Shown here one piece after another: positions 28,967 through 38,615 of a DNA stretch of 64,000 nt. The notes under the pieces are model-generated. The model was not told the DNA's origin. It did no database searches and saw nothing but the letters and a program-made list of their open reading frames with translations. Numbering within the stretch: position 1 is the first letter of the stretch; the number at the start of each line of letters is the position of its first letter. Where the stretch lies: assembly GCA_016926555.1 (NCBI GenBank), contig JAFGOI010000004.1, positions 168,996 to 232,995 of the forward strand, written 5' to 3'. This DNA is from Patescibacteria group bacterium (GTDB lineage: Bacteria > Patescibacteriota > WWE3 > UBA101185 > UBA10185). Both the position numbers and the translations under genes were made by a program.

Positions 28967-29227
28967 ATGGCACATACAAAAGCAGGAGGCTCAAAAGCAA
29001 AACAGGGTGGTAACGTAGCAGGAAAAAGACTTGGAATTAAAGTCTTTGGCGGAGGTATCGTGAAACCCGGCCAGATAATAGTTCGTCAGAGAGGCAGAAA
29101 TTATATTCCAGGTGAGAATGTGAAAATGGGGAAGGATTTTACTTTATTTTCGGTGATTGATGGCACAGTTCACTGGTTATGGTCCTCAAGAAAAAAGAAG
29201 AAGATTAATGTATTGCCTCTAAAATAA
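28967..29227 (+). CDS. rpmA: 50S ribosomal protein L27
   Basis: MAHTKAGG, KRLGIK, IIVRQRG, GKDFTLF. Confidence 0.96.
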   Translation: MAHTKAGGSKAKQGGNVAGKRLGIKVFGGGIVKPGQIIVRQRGRNYIPGENVKMGKDFTLFSVIDGTVHWLWSSRKKKKINVLPLK

Positions 29228-29235
29228 CTCGTATT

Positions 29236-29793
29236 TCATTTGACGAATCTTGCTTTTCCCAGTGGATAGTATACAAATAGTGCCCTTCCGATTATTCTAT
29301 CTACTTTTATTGCGCCCCATTCCCGGGAGTCTTTGCTGTGCTCCCTATTATCCCCGAGGAGAACATAGGCATCCTTGTCGATTTTGTATGAGACCTCTTC
29401 GGCAATAGCATCTCTTCCCGCCGTTACAGTGCCATCTGTGAGATAGGTCTCATCAAGGGGTTGATCATCAACATATACTTTGCCTTCGGATATTCTAATT
29501 ACTTCGTCGGGAAGCCCGACAACGCGTTTTATAATAAGTCTTTGATTAACTTCGGGATAATTAGGATTAACGAATATCACAATATCGCCACGTTCAGGTT
29601 CTTTAAATTTAACTGATACTTTTTCGGCAATGAGCCTCTCTTTATCGTAAAATGCTGGGGTCATAGAATCTCCTGACACCTCAAGTAACTGTCCTATAAA
29701 AAAGTATACTACGATGAAAACAGTAGTGCTAATTAATATGAGTTCAATGACATCCAATATGATATTTACTGTGCCACGCGGTATTTTTGCCAC
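29236..29793 (-). CDS. lepB: Signal peptidase I
   Basis: SGDSMTP (Ser), IIKRVVGLP (Lys), GDNREHSKDSR. GTG 29793 taken as the likely start. Confidence 0.92.
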   Translation of the reverse strand: MAKIPRGTVNIILDVIELILISTTVFIVVYFFIGQLLEVSGDSMTPAFYDKERLIAEKVSVKFKEPERGDIVIFVNPNYPEVNQRLIIKRVVGLPDEVIRISEGKVYVDDQPLDETYLTDGTVTAGRDAIAEEVSYKIDKDAYVLLGDNREHSKDSREWGAIKVDRIIGRALFVYYPLGKARFVK

Positions 29794-29887
29794 ATTAATA
29801 TTGTAGGTGCGTCCATGATTTGATGCAAACACTTTTTTCGCGGTTTTATAATAAAAGAAGCTGGTATAATATATGTGTTAAGAATTG

Positions 29888-29964
29888 GGGCTTGTAGCTC
29901 AGTTGGTTAGAGCGCTGTGTTCACATCGCAGAGGTCCCTGGTTCGAGTCCAGGCAAGCCCACCA
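29888..29964 (+). tRNA. tRNA-Val(CAC)
   Basis: Cloverleaf GGGCTTG/CAAGCCC, anticodon loop TTCACAT, TTCGAGT T-loop, encoded CCA. Confidence 0.95.
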
Positions 29965-29976
29965 TCGAAAAGTTAG

Positions 29977-31203
29977 CTACTTCACAAACTTTTCGTACAG
30001 CAAATCCCAGAGTTCAATATAACCGCCATCATAACCTAAAGCCCAGATTCCAACTCCCGCAAGATTATTTTCGTTAATTAAGCTATATTTTGCTTCTAGT
30101 GATTGGGAATTCTCATAATAGACCTCTCTTATCTGGTCTGTTTCTTCGCTTGTGTATGTGAAAAAAGGAGTTTGTCCCAATTCATCCCACATAATTTCCG
30201 GATCGTTTTCTAAAATTACTTCCATAACTTCTTCATATGCCTGAGACATTGAATATCCCGAATTGTCATTTCCTTCAATTCTTTTGGCATATTCCTCATC
30301 TGTTTCTACAACCCAGTTGTAGCCATAATAGGGTACACCCATAATAAGCTTGTTTGGAGGAGAAACTGATAGATAGTCTTTTACCATTGTTTTTAGATCA
30401 TAATCCGAATGGATGCCTATACCCCCTAGTGGCGCCACTGGGCCGGCATTGTCAGAAGTGGGTCTATGGAAGTCATATCCCATTATAAATATGCCATCTG
30501 CACTTTTTGAGAGGTTGTCAATGTCTGATGTTACTCTGGGTTTTACTAAAGAATCTGCGAATGTTGCTACCACAACAAAAGAATCCCCGAATTCTTTATC
30601 TAGTTCCTCGTTATAATACTTAATTAACTCCTGGTAGAGCTTATGTTGGGAGTTTTCCGTATACTCGTAGTATTCAAAGTTCATGTTCAAATCTGTTATA
30701 TCTTTAAATCTGAGTTCCTGTTTAATATTTTCCAAGAGAGTGTCCCAGCATTCTCTGCAGTTTAGGAATTCATCTGAAACCTCGTCGACATGTGAAATAA
30801 TTGTTAGCGCGAATCTCACACCTTCCTCCTTAGATTTTTTTATAATTTCGTCCAAATCGGGGCTGTCTTTCCAGTTCAGATACCCCGGAATCTGATTTCC
30901 CTCCACGTCGACTTTTAGAAAATTTCCGTCTTTATCAATGTGAAGGCCAAAATAAGCTATGTCTGTTAGTTTGTCGTATTGTAGAAACTCCTTTTTTTCG
31001 ATAGTCCAATAGGGCAGATAGCCGTATATTATTCTTTTAGGGCGTTCTTTCTTTTTAAATAAGGAAAATATATTCACGCTTTTACTAAAAGGCGACAGCA
31101 AAGATCTACCTCTAGGAATACTTCTCATAATATGTGTGAAGGTAATTCCCAGAATTACACCAAAAAAGATTATTATTAAAGCAAGCTTTGTTTCCGGTTT
31201 CAC
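29977..31203 (-). CDS. Membrane-anchored GH18 glycoside hydrolase
   Basis: DLNMNFEY (variant of DxxDxDxE), IMGYDF, MGVPYYGYNW, GVGIWALGYD. Confidence 0.85.
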   Translation of the reverse strand: MKPETKLALIIIFFGVILGITFTHIMRSIPRGRSLLSPFSKSVNIFSLFKKKERPKRIIYGYLPYWTIEKKEFLQYDKLTDIAYFGLHIDKDGNFLKVDVEGNQIPGYLNWKDSPDLDEIIKKSKEEGVRFALTIISHVDEVSDEFLNCRECWDTLLENIKQELRFKDITDLNMNFEYYEYTENSQHKLYQELIKYYNEELDKEFGDSFVVVATFADSLVKPRVTSDIDNLSKSADGIFIMGYDFHRPTSDNAGPVAPLGGIGIHSDYDLKTMVKDYLSVSPPNKLIMGVPYYGYNWVVETDEEYAKRIEGNDNSGYSMSQAYEEVMEVILENDPEIMWDELGQTPFFTYTSEETDQIREVYYENSQSLEAKYSLINENNLAGVGIWALGYDGGYIELWDLLYEKFVK

Positions 31204-31259
31204 TCAATTATTTTACATGATTTGGTTAATTTTGAGTGATCTATTAGAATTGTTAATGT

Positions 31260-32450
31260 ATGAAGAAAAGATGGGTGTTATCTTCCTTAATTATGTTTGT
31301 GCTAGCTGTGGTTGTTTTGGATGCTTTTTATATTCCTCAGTTTAAGCGGTTTAGTGGGATTGGTAATATCCATGATCCATTTTCAATTAAAACAATTAAG
31401 GAACGGTTTTTTTCCTCGAAAATGTGTTATGTAAAAGATGAATTAGAGTATTTTTATTATGAGGATAAAGGTGAACTTTGGGAGCCTAATAATAAATTCG
31501 GATTGTACATATACGCTGAGGATCGGGATTTCTTTGAAATTGCCCAGGAACTTGTGAATTCTAATGGTGGCGAGTGGGGTTATGTTCTGATTCCATATAA
31601 TATGGATGATAGGGATGTAGATAAGTGGAATAGAGTGTTTGGGCAGCTTATAAATAAGCAGCTGATTCCTATTATCCAGCTGTGGAAGCTTGATAAAGAC
31701 AGTTACAAGGAACAAACAGAGGAGGTCGCTGAATTCTTAAACAGATTTGTTTGGCCAATAAAACAAAGATATATAAGCGTTTACAACGAGCCTAATGACG
31801 CCGATTTTTGGTATGGAGAGGTAAATCCTGAAGAATATGCAAAAATACTTGATTACACAATAAATACTTTTAAAAGAACAAATCGGGACTACTTTATGCT
31901 AAATGGCGCTTTCAATATAAGCGCTTCGAAGGGTTACAGCACCATGGACGCCTTTGAGTATATGAAAAGGATGGATGAGGAGATACCTGGAATTTTCTCA
32001 AAATTGGATGGATGGGCATCCCATCCATATCCCCAGCCGAATTTTAGTGGGAGCCCTCAGAATGAAGGAAGATGGAGTATAAAAGCTTATGAAAAAGAAT
32101 TGGAATTTTTACGCAATGATTTGGATATACAGAAGGATTTGCCCGTTTTTATCACGGAAACCGGGTGGGCGCATGCGGAAGGGCAGAATTATAACAGTTC
32201 GTATTTTACTGTGGATGAAATTGCAGACTATTTTGAAGAAGCCTATAAGGAGGTTTGGTTAAAAGATGAGAGAGTGCGCGCTGTAACACCTTTTACAATA
32301 AGGTATAATCCTCCGTATGATCACTTTTCCTGGATAAATGAAGATAAGGTGCCATATAGACATTATGAGAAGGTACAGGAAATGGAAAAGGAAAAAGGAG
32401 ATCCTCCAAAGATAAACCCTGCCAGTGTCTCTTTTGGAGAGTGTGAGTAA
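31260..32450 (+). CDS. Membrane-anchored clan GH-A glycoside hydrolase
   Basis: YNEPN acid/base, SHPYP, FITETGW nucleophile. Confidence 0.75.
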   Translation: MKKRWVLSSLIMFVLAVVVLDAFYIPQFKRFSGIGNIHDPFSIKTIKERFFSSKMCYVKDELEYFYYEDKGELWEPNNKFGLYIYAEDRDFFEIAQELVNSNGGEWGYVLIPYNMDDRDVDKWNRVFGQLINKQLIPIIQLWKLDKDSYKEQTEEVAEFLNRFVWPIKQRYISVYNEPNDADFWYGEVNPEEYAKILDYTINTFKRTNRDYFMLNGAFNISASKGYSTMDAFEYMKRMDEEIPGIFSKLDGWASHPYPQPNFSGSPQNEGRWSIKAYEKELEFLRNDLDIQKDLPVFITETGWAHAEGQNYNSSYFTVDEIADYFEEAYKEVWLKDERVRAVTPFTIRYNPPYDHFSWINEDKVPYRHYEKVQEMEKEKGDPPKINPASVSFGECE

Positions 32451-33727
32451 TGGCTAAAGAACCTTCCACGAAAAGAAAAGTTGCAAGTAACACTTTTTAC
32501 CAGCTTGCGGGTAAAGGTGTAAGTATGTCTATAACGGTTCTGGCGACTATGATTGTTGCTAAGATGTACGGTAGGGAAGACTATGGGAATTTTAGCTTAA
32601 TGCAAAGCTGGCCGGCTTTCTTTTTTATTATTGCCGATTTTGGGATTAACGCGATATCTGTGCGGGAATTGGCTAAAGATTGGAGTAAGGTGGATAAATA
32701 TTTTAATAGTGTGCTAGTACTTCGGACTGTTTTTTCAATATTTCTGGTTATTTTGCTAAGTGGGGTACTACTTCTGTTTCCGTACTCAAGTGATTTAATA
32801 TTCGGAATTAGACTTAGCTTACTTTTGATACTGACTCAAAGCCTTTATTCAACAACAAATATAGTTTTTCAGTCTCAAATGAGATATGACTACTCTACCG
32901 TAGGGTATATTAGCGGGTATGTTGTTATTTTGTTGCTGATATTGATTACATCTTTTCTAGATGTAGATATTGTTTGGTTTAATTTCAGCTATGTCGTAGG
33001 CGGTTTGTGTACTTTTCTGGTTAATATGCGATATGTAAAGAAGCTCGGGATTAGGGTTACCTACAAAATTGACAAACGTTTATGTAAAAGTATTATTTTA
33101 CAGTCTTTGCCTTTAGGATTAATGTTTATTTTTAGCCAGATGAGTTTTAAAGAGGACGCAATTATGCTCTCTTTTCTGAGATTACCGGCTAGCTACGGTC
33201 TAAATAATACAGAATCAGTTGCAGTGTATTCTTTGCCGTATAAGGTGTTTGAAGTCACATTGGTCGTCCCAACTTTTTTTATGAATGCGGCTTTTCCGGT
33301 TTTGGTAAAACATATGGAAAGGGGACAAAAGAAGCTGAAGAAAACGTTAAGAGCTATCTTAGAATATATGGTAGTTGGGGGAGTAGGGTCAGGTATACTT
33401 GTGTATAATTTTGCACCTAGAATAGTTGAGATTCTAGGAGGTAGTGAATTTAATGAATCAATAAGTGTTCTGAGAATATTATCGCTTGGATTTGTATTAT
33501 TTTATATAACATCTCCCCTATCGTGGCTAATAGTAGCTTTTGAAAAGCAGAGTGAACTTCCGAAGATATATGCAGCGAGTGCCTTGTTTAATCTTGTATC
33601 CAACCTAATCTTTATACCGATATATTCATTTTATGCGGCGACAGTAATAACCCTATTATCGGAACTCCTGGGTTTGATTCTTCTTATTTATTCAGTAATG
33701 AAAATGTGGCGGATGAGATATGCTTAA
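32450..33727 (+). CDS. Wzx-type polysaccharide flippase
   Basis: About 12 TM segments; KVASNTFYQ, IADFGI, VAVYSLPYK pattern of the PST family. Confidence 0.85.
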   Translation: MAKEPSTKRKVASNTFYQLAGKGVSMSITVLATMIVAKMYGREDYGNFSLMQSWPAFFFIIADFGINAISVRELAKDWSKVDKYFNSVLVLRTVFSIFLVILLSGVLLLFPYSSDLIFGIRLSLLLILTQSLYSTTNIVFQSQMRYDYSTVGYISGYVVILLLILITSFLDVDIVWFNFSYVVGGLCTFLVNMRYVKKLGIRVTYKIDKRLCKSIILQSLPLGLMFIFSQMSFKEDAIMLSFLRLPASYGLNNTESVAVYSLPYKVFEVTLVVPTFFMNAAFPVLVKHMERGQKKLKKTLRAILEYMVVGGVGSGILVYNFAPRIVEILGGSEFNESISVLRILSLGFVLFYITSPLSWLIVAFEKQSELPKIYAASALFNLVSNLIFIPIYSFYAATVITLLSELLGLILLIYSVMKMWRMRYA

Positions 33728-34907
33728 TTATTTATATTATTTATGTGTCCTTGCCCTTTCTCTTGGTCAGTTCAGTAGTATTAGCAAATCAGGAGGTATA
33801 AATATATATGTTTTTGATGTTTTGGTATTGGTTTTCTTTTTTGTTGGTTTTATATATTTAGCTTTAGTTAAAAGGACTTTTTATATATCCAGGTTGTTCA
33901 TGCCTTTTGTGTTATTCTCGGTAGTAGCAGCGATTTCGTTAATAATAAACTCTTATAAATATTCCGAGAGAGAGGTATTATCGGCCTTTTTCTATTTCTT
34001 AAGATATGTCTCTTATTTGGGCTCCGGAATTGTCTTGGAAAATATGAAGCGTATTAAAATGATAGGTTCAAAAGATATTTACAAAGCGTTTATTTTATCA
34101 GGTGTGTTTTTGTCTCTGGCGGGATTTATACAATTAGTGGTACTGCCTGATTTTGAGGTTCTTGAATCGTCTCTGGGATGGGATCCTCATAAGAACCGCC
34201 TAGCGTCCACATTTTTCGACCCAAACTTTCTCGGGGTCTATTTAGTTATGTGTTTAGGTATTTTGTTTAACAAACATTTTGAAGGAGATAAACTCAGTTT
34301 GGTCGATATTGCGGCTGGAGTTTTTATTCTGCTGGCGATAATTCTGACTTTTTCGCGCAGCACGTGGCTAATGCTCGCCGTGATGGTCTTGTTATATGGA
34401 ATAGTGAAGTCACGAGTGCTATTTATCTTATCTTTGTTCCTATTATTTTCTACTTATTATTTTATTCCAAGAGTTCAGACCAGAATATCCGGGATAACTG
34501 ATCCCGCGGATTCGGCTCATTATAGATTAATTTCCTGGAGGAATACTCTGGAAATTATTGAAGATAACTGGTTATTTGGTGTTGGTTTCAATGCTTATAG
34601 ATACGTTCAAAAGGAATACGGTTTCTTAGATTTTGATACTTATTTGGATCATTCTGGCGCGGGATCTGATTCCAGTTTTCTATTTGTTGTGGCGACGTCA
34701 GGTGTATTTGGGCTTCTAGCCTTTCTGTATGGATTCTTCCAGCCGCTTTATATTTCAGCAAGATCCCCGTCCGGTAAAAATATGTTGTACATACTCTTGA
34801 CGGTGGGATTATTTGTTGAAGCTCAGTTTATAAATTCCATGTTTTTCCCTCAGATAATGTTCGTGTATTATTCTTTACTCTCTAGTGACTCTTTTGTTCG
34901 TACTTGA
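33720..34907 (+). CDS. O-antigen ligase / Wzy_C family membrane protein
   Basis: RLASTFFDPN, LTFSRSTW, R...W...NWLFGVGF. Confidence 0.82.
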   Translation: MLNYLYYLCVLALSLGQFSSISKSGGINIYVFDVLVLVFFFVGFIYLALVKRTFYISRLFMPFVLFSVVAAISLIINSYKYSEREVLSAFFYFLRYVSYLGSGIVLENMKRIKMIGSKDIYKAFILSGVFLSLAGFIQLVVLPDFEVLESSLGWDPHKNRLASTFFDPNFLGVYLVMCLGILFNKHFEGDKLSLVDIAAGVFILLAIILTFSRSTWLMLAVMVLLYGIVKSRVLFILSLFLLFSTYYFIPRVQTRISGITDPADSAHYRLISWRNTLEIIEDNWLFGVGFNAYRYVQKEYGFLDFDTYLDHSGAGSDSSFLFVVATSGVFGLLAFLYGFFQPLYISARSPSGKNMLYILLTVGLFVEAQFINSMFFPQIMFVYYSLLSSDSFVRT

Positions 34908-35622
34908 CTTTAATGCTTTCTATAGAGTCATTCCCTGCTTCATCAATAGCTTTTACTTTGATTTCAATCCATCCCTCGTTGACTCCCAAAAGGTATTCGT
35001 AGGAGTAATCCGGTTTTTGGATTACCATCCTGTCATTTATTAGAATTTGAGCTTTTTCGTTTATTTTTCCTGATATTTCGATTCTTTTATCCAAGTTTTT
35101 AATTGTTTCATTATCTTTTGGTTTATCTATCTCAATTTCCGGTTTTTCTTTGTCAAGAATAATAATAAGGGTTTGAGATTTGTCACTTTCGTTTCCCTGC
35201 GAGTCTTCTACTTTCGCAAAGAGTGTATTTCTTCCGGGAATTAATTTCACCTCTGAAAATGTGAAAATGCCATCATTATCTACTGTTGTTTCCTCTTTTT
35301 CAGGCCCGTTGACAAATAATTTTACTTTCATGCCCTTTTGTGCGTACCCTTGTAAAGTGACTTTATCGTCTTTACTTGCAGTTGGGGGATTGGAAAAAAC
35401 CGGAGTGTTGGGTTTAATCAACGGTACCTCACCCGGGTCGTTTCTGTGAACTGAAAGAAATCCCAGTAAGTAGCCTATTTGTGGCGCAAAAAAAGTTAGA
35501 GAAACAACGGCAACTAAGCTTACTATTAATATACCAAGGACGGCGATTTTGAGTCTTTTGTAGTAATCAGGTTGTTTGGAAGCGCTCCTTAGATTTCCAG
35601 GTGTATTTTTTACCACATGCAA
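34882..35622 (-). CDS. Membrane-anchored protein with two Ig-like beta-sandwich domains
   Basis: TM helix followed by DNDGIFTF..L.PGRN..DSQGNES and GVNEG..KAIDEAGN. Confidence 0.7.
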   Translation of the reverse strand: MHVVKNTPGNLRSASKQPDYYKRLKIAVLGILIVSLVAVVSLTFFAPQIGYLLGFLSVHRNDPGEVPLIKPNTPVFSNPPTASKDDKVTLQGYAQKGMKVKLFVNGPEKEETTVDNDGIFTFSEVKLIPGRNTLFAKVEDSQGNESDKSQTLIIILDKEKPEIEIDKPKDNETIKNLDKRIEISGKINEKAQILINDRMVIQKPDYSYEYLLGVNEGWIEIKVKAIDEAGNDSIESIKVKYEQKSH

Positions 35623-35628
35623 ATTCTA

Positions 35629-36528
35629 TCACGATTCTGATGCTTCATTTTTTATGAAATCCAGTATCTTTTCTCTTAAGTCATCTCTTCTTAGTGCGAA
35701 TTTTATCGAGGTTTTAAGGTATCTTAAAGGATCCCCTGTTGTCAGCCATTCACCTTTAATTGGGGGAGCAATTACTTTTTTACCTTCATGCGCGAGCTCG
35801 TTAAGAATATCCGATACCCATAATTCATTGTCTTTACCGGGTTTCGTCTCTTCAGCCTTTCTGATTACATCATACGAAAAGACGAATCTGCCAAATTGAA
35901 CTTTGTTAGAATACGCTTCTTCTTTTGGCAATTTCTCCATAATTCCTTCTACTTCGCATCCATTTTCATCCTTGTATTTTACTGTGCCGTATCTATCCAC
36001 TTCTTCCCAAGGTACTTCTTGAACACCTACTGCGGCTACGGCATTATGCTCTAGATATGCGTCTATAAGTTGTTTGGTGATTGGAGGGAACCCGTTGCAC
36101 CATGTTAGGTCGTCAGCGAACATATAAACGAAGGAATCATTCTCATCAATTAATTCTTTTATAGCTATTAAAGGAGAGCCGTTTCCGTAGGGAAGGTGTC
36201 CCTTTTGCCTTACGTAGACAAAATTAGCCATTTGAGGAATATTTCGGACCATTTCCAGCCGCTTTGTTTTTCTGGATGATTCTAATTGGGCCTCCAGTTC
36301 GTATCTGTTATCAAAATAATCCTCAATAAGGTGATTTCCAAATCTAGTGACTAATATTATATCCCGTATACCGGAATTTACTGCTTCTTCCACCACATAA
36401 TGGAGAATCGGTTTGTCGATTATCGGGAGCATCTCTTTTGGCTGGTTTTTTGTTGCCGGTAAAAATCTGGTTCCGAATCCAGCCGCAATTATAACTGCCT
36501 TTGTTATTTGTGTCTGGGGATTTTCCAT
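35629..36528 (-). CDS. galU: UTP--glucose-1-phosphate uridylyltransferase
   Basis: AAGFGTRFLPATKNQPKEMLP, YVRQ, EKL. Confidence 0.9.
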   Translation of the reverse strand: MENPQTQITKAVIIAAGFGTRFLPATKNQPKEMLPIIDKPILHYVVEEAVNSGIRDIILVTRFGNHLIEDYFDNRYELEAQLESSRKTKRLEMVRNIPQMANFVYVRQKGHLPYGNGSPLIAIKELIDENDSFVYMFADDLTWCNGFPPITKQLIDAYLEHNAVAAVGVQEVPWEEVDRYGTVKYKDENGCEVEGIMEKLPKEEAYSNKVQFGRFVFSYDVIRKAEETKPGKDNELWVSDILNELAHEGKKVIAPPIKGEWLTTGDPLRYLKTSIKFALRRDDLREKILDFIKNEASES

Positions 36529-36580
36529 AGTTGTATGATTATACCATTTAGTGGCTCGCTATATTTCAGGGGGCAGCTTC

Positions 36581-37231
36581 TTATCCCCATTTTATTTTTG
36601 GTGATGTTTTTTTGTCTTGAGGATTCCACAAAGGGGATACTTCCACTGCTGCTACAAATCCAATATCAGTTCGTTCTGTTGGGATTCTGCGAAGTTTTGG
36701 GTCGCCTTTACCGTAGAGAGGATCCCAAACGACAAGAGCGGTATTATCTTCCGAGTGTCCAATAGCTAAAACGGCATGACGTTCAGTATCTAACAGGATG
36801 GATGCGATCATACCACTGTTAATCAGGCGTACCAGGCCATCTCCGGTATGCTCATTCTCTTGTATATACGGTACGAGAGTTTCTATTTGTCTGGCAGTGC
36901 CTGCTCTTTCACGCAGTATGTTGCGCGCAGTGTGGTTGCTTAGCCAGGGTTCTTGATATTCTTCCTTCAACATTCTAGCTCCGTTCATAATACCTGATAA
37001 TGAGATTACATTTCTCTGAGCATGTTCAGGTATTCTATCCTCTTTTGCTAGATACATTTGTGCTGCAACAGCAAGATATAGACATGCATCTGCATCCGTT
37101 TGAATTTGACCTTTAAACACTTTGGGTTGTATTGACAAAATATCTGTATTCCGTAGCGTTTCACCGGGGACATCCTTTAGACTTTCAGGATCATCTTGAG
37201 GTATTTCGCCAAAGCGTATTCTATTAGGCAT
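36581..37231 (-). CDS. Hypothetical papain/C39-like cysteine peptidase
   Basis: Q-x5-C at the start of a helix (QTDADAC), HAVLAIG, VWDP. Confidence 0.55.
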   Translation of the reverse strand: MPNRIRFGEIPQDDPESLKDVPGETLRNTDILSIQPKVFKGQIQTDADACLYLAVAAQMYLAKEDRIPEHAQRNVISLSGIMNGARMLKEEYQEPWLSNHTARNILRERAGTARQIETLVPYIQENEHTGDGLVRLINSGMIASILLDTERHAVLAIGHSEDNTALVVWDPLYGKGDPKLRRIPTERTDIGFVAAVEVSPLWNPQDKKTSPKIKWG

Positions 37232-37258
37232 GTTGTAATTCTATCATTTCACTATAAA

Positions 37259-37333
37259 TGGAGCCAGAGGTGGGATTCGAACCCACGGCCTGACGTTTAC
37301 GATACGCCTGCTCTACCCCTGAGCTACTCTGGC
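37259..37333 (-). tRNA. tRNA-Thr(CGT)
   Basis: GCCAGAG/CTCTGGC acceptor stem, loop ATCGTAA, TTCGAAT, CCA. Confidence 0.93.
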
Positions 37334-37446
37334 AATACTTGTGGAACCTTTTTGGTTATATAACTTCTCTAGCCGAATAATTCTCCATTTCATGACAGAA
37401 AACTCACTTTGAGGCATTTTTGGACCTTAAAACAGCTAAAAAACCA

Positions 37447-37522
37447 TGGAGCGAGTGACGGGTTTCGAACCCGCGACCTTCTGCTTGGGAAGCAGATGCT
37501 CTGCCAACTGAGCTACACTCGC
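37447..37522 (-). tRNA. tRNA-Gly(CCC)
   Basis: GCGAGTG/CACTCGC acceptor stem, loop TTCCCAA, CCA. Confidence 0.95.
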
Positions 37523-37559
37523 TTGATTCAAAAAAAAACACAAGAAAATTATACAGCAA

Positions 37560-37597
37560 TCCCCTCCCTCCCGAGTACTCGGGATCTGCGGAGGGGA
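37560..37597. repeat. Nested GC-rich inverted repeat (REP-like or terminator) downstream of the LysM gene
   Basis: TCCCCTCC...GGAGGGGA encloses the perfect palindrome TCCCGAGTACTCGGGA. Confidence 0.6.
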
Positions 37598-37631
37598 ACC
37601 GCTATCAGAGAAGTAATCAAGTTTATTAATA

Positions 37632-38096
37632 TTAAGGCAGAACCAGGACCTGGCCCGGCATTATGAGAGCCTGTTGGCCATTTGGAAGATAACCAACGCT
37701 ATCAGGGTTCGCATTGAGTATCTTCACCCAGTCTAAACCATTTCCGTAAACTGCCTCGGAGATTTCCCATAAAGTATCACCGGCTTTTACTGTGTATGTT
37801 TTTCCGGCGATGTCTCCTTCTTTATAGTCAGTAGCTTGCCATGAGGGTGTGGTAATCTGTGCCCCTCCCGGCTGCTGTTGAGCTTCTTCTGTACTTGTGG
37901 AAATCCCTTCTCCGATGAGTTCACCTTCTCTTGTACTTTTGCCCTTAACCTCTTCGGTTCCCCCGCTTTTTGATCCCAGTCCATTGCTTAAATTATCGGT
38001 TTTATTGAAATAGTTATAGGCTGCAAATACAAGGGCGAGAATAAATAGTCCCCCTACAATTAATGCCAATCCATCTTTCTGTTCAGTTTGTGCCAT
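37632..38096 (-). CDS. Membrane-anchored LysM domain protein
   Basis: YTVKAGDTLWEISEAVYG...IMPGQVLVLP. SD AAGGAGGTG precedes ATG 38096. Confidence 0.9.
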   Translation of the reverse strand: MAQTEQKDGLALIVGGLFILALVFAAYNYFNKTDNLSNGLGSKSGGTEEVKGKSTREGELIGEGISTSTEEAQQQPGGAQITTPSWQATDYKEGDIAGKTYTVKAGDTLWEISEAVYGNGLDWVKILNANPDSVGYLPNGQQALIMPGQVLVLP

Positions 38097-38281
38097 CTGC
38101 TTTAACACCTCCTTTTTAATTTTTAGTGTTTATCGTTCACTTTTGGGGCAGGAAATACACAAATTTGTGATGGTCTAATTTATATTATATTGGTTATTTT
38201 GGAATTGTCATGTATGTATTTGTAGAATTGCTAATCATTTGGAAAAATATAAATGATAAAATATTGAATATATGATTGTGA

Positions 38282-38587
38282 GTGGAAAGGCAGGTGATTG
38301 GTCTGTTATCCAAATTACCAATAGATTTAAATAAAATTGGCAAAGACAATATTGATTCGGAAATACTTAGGGCGGGAATAATTGCAGAATTAGACGCTAT
38401 TAATCTTTATGAACAAATGTCTGAGATGGCGGTGGATAAACATCTCAAAGATCTTTTGTTAGATATTGCTAGAGAAGAAAAAACCCACGTTGGAGAGTTT
38501 CAGGCGTTATTATTACGGGTTGATAAAGAGCAGGAGAAAGAGTTGGAGAAGGGAAGAGAGGAGATGGAGGAGATTTTGGAGAAATAA
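38282..38587 (+). CDS. Small ferritin-like di-iron protein (EncFtn/rubrerythrin-like)
   Basis: AELDAINLYEQ ... IAREEKTHVGEF. Start codon uncertain. Confidence 0.85.
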   Translation: MERQVIGLLSKLPIDLNKIGKDNIDSEILRAGIIAELDAINLYEQMSEMAVDKHLKDLLLDIAREEKTHVGEFQALLLRVDKEQEKELEKGREEMEEILEK

Positions 38588-38588
38588 A

Positions 38589-38615
38589 AAACGACTCATT
38601 TCTGAGTCGTTTCTT
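38589..38615. terminator. Intrinsic terminator, probably bidirectional
   Basis: AAACGACTCA-TTTC-TGAGTCGTTT, flanked by A-rich and T-rich runs, right after the ferritin stop. Confidence 0.75.

Noticed and set aside
37409-37666. ORFs 37409-37666 and 39548-39745
   Set aside because: They are antisense translations of tRNA-Gly and tRNA-Asp.
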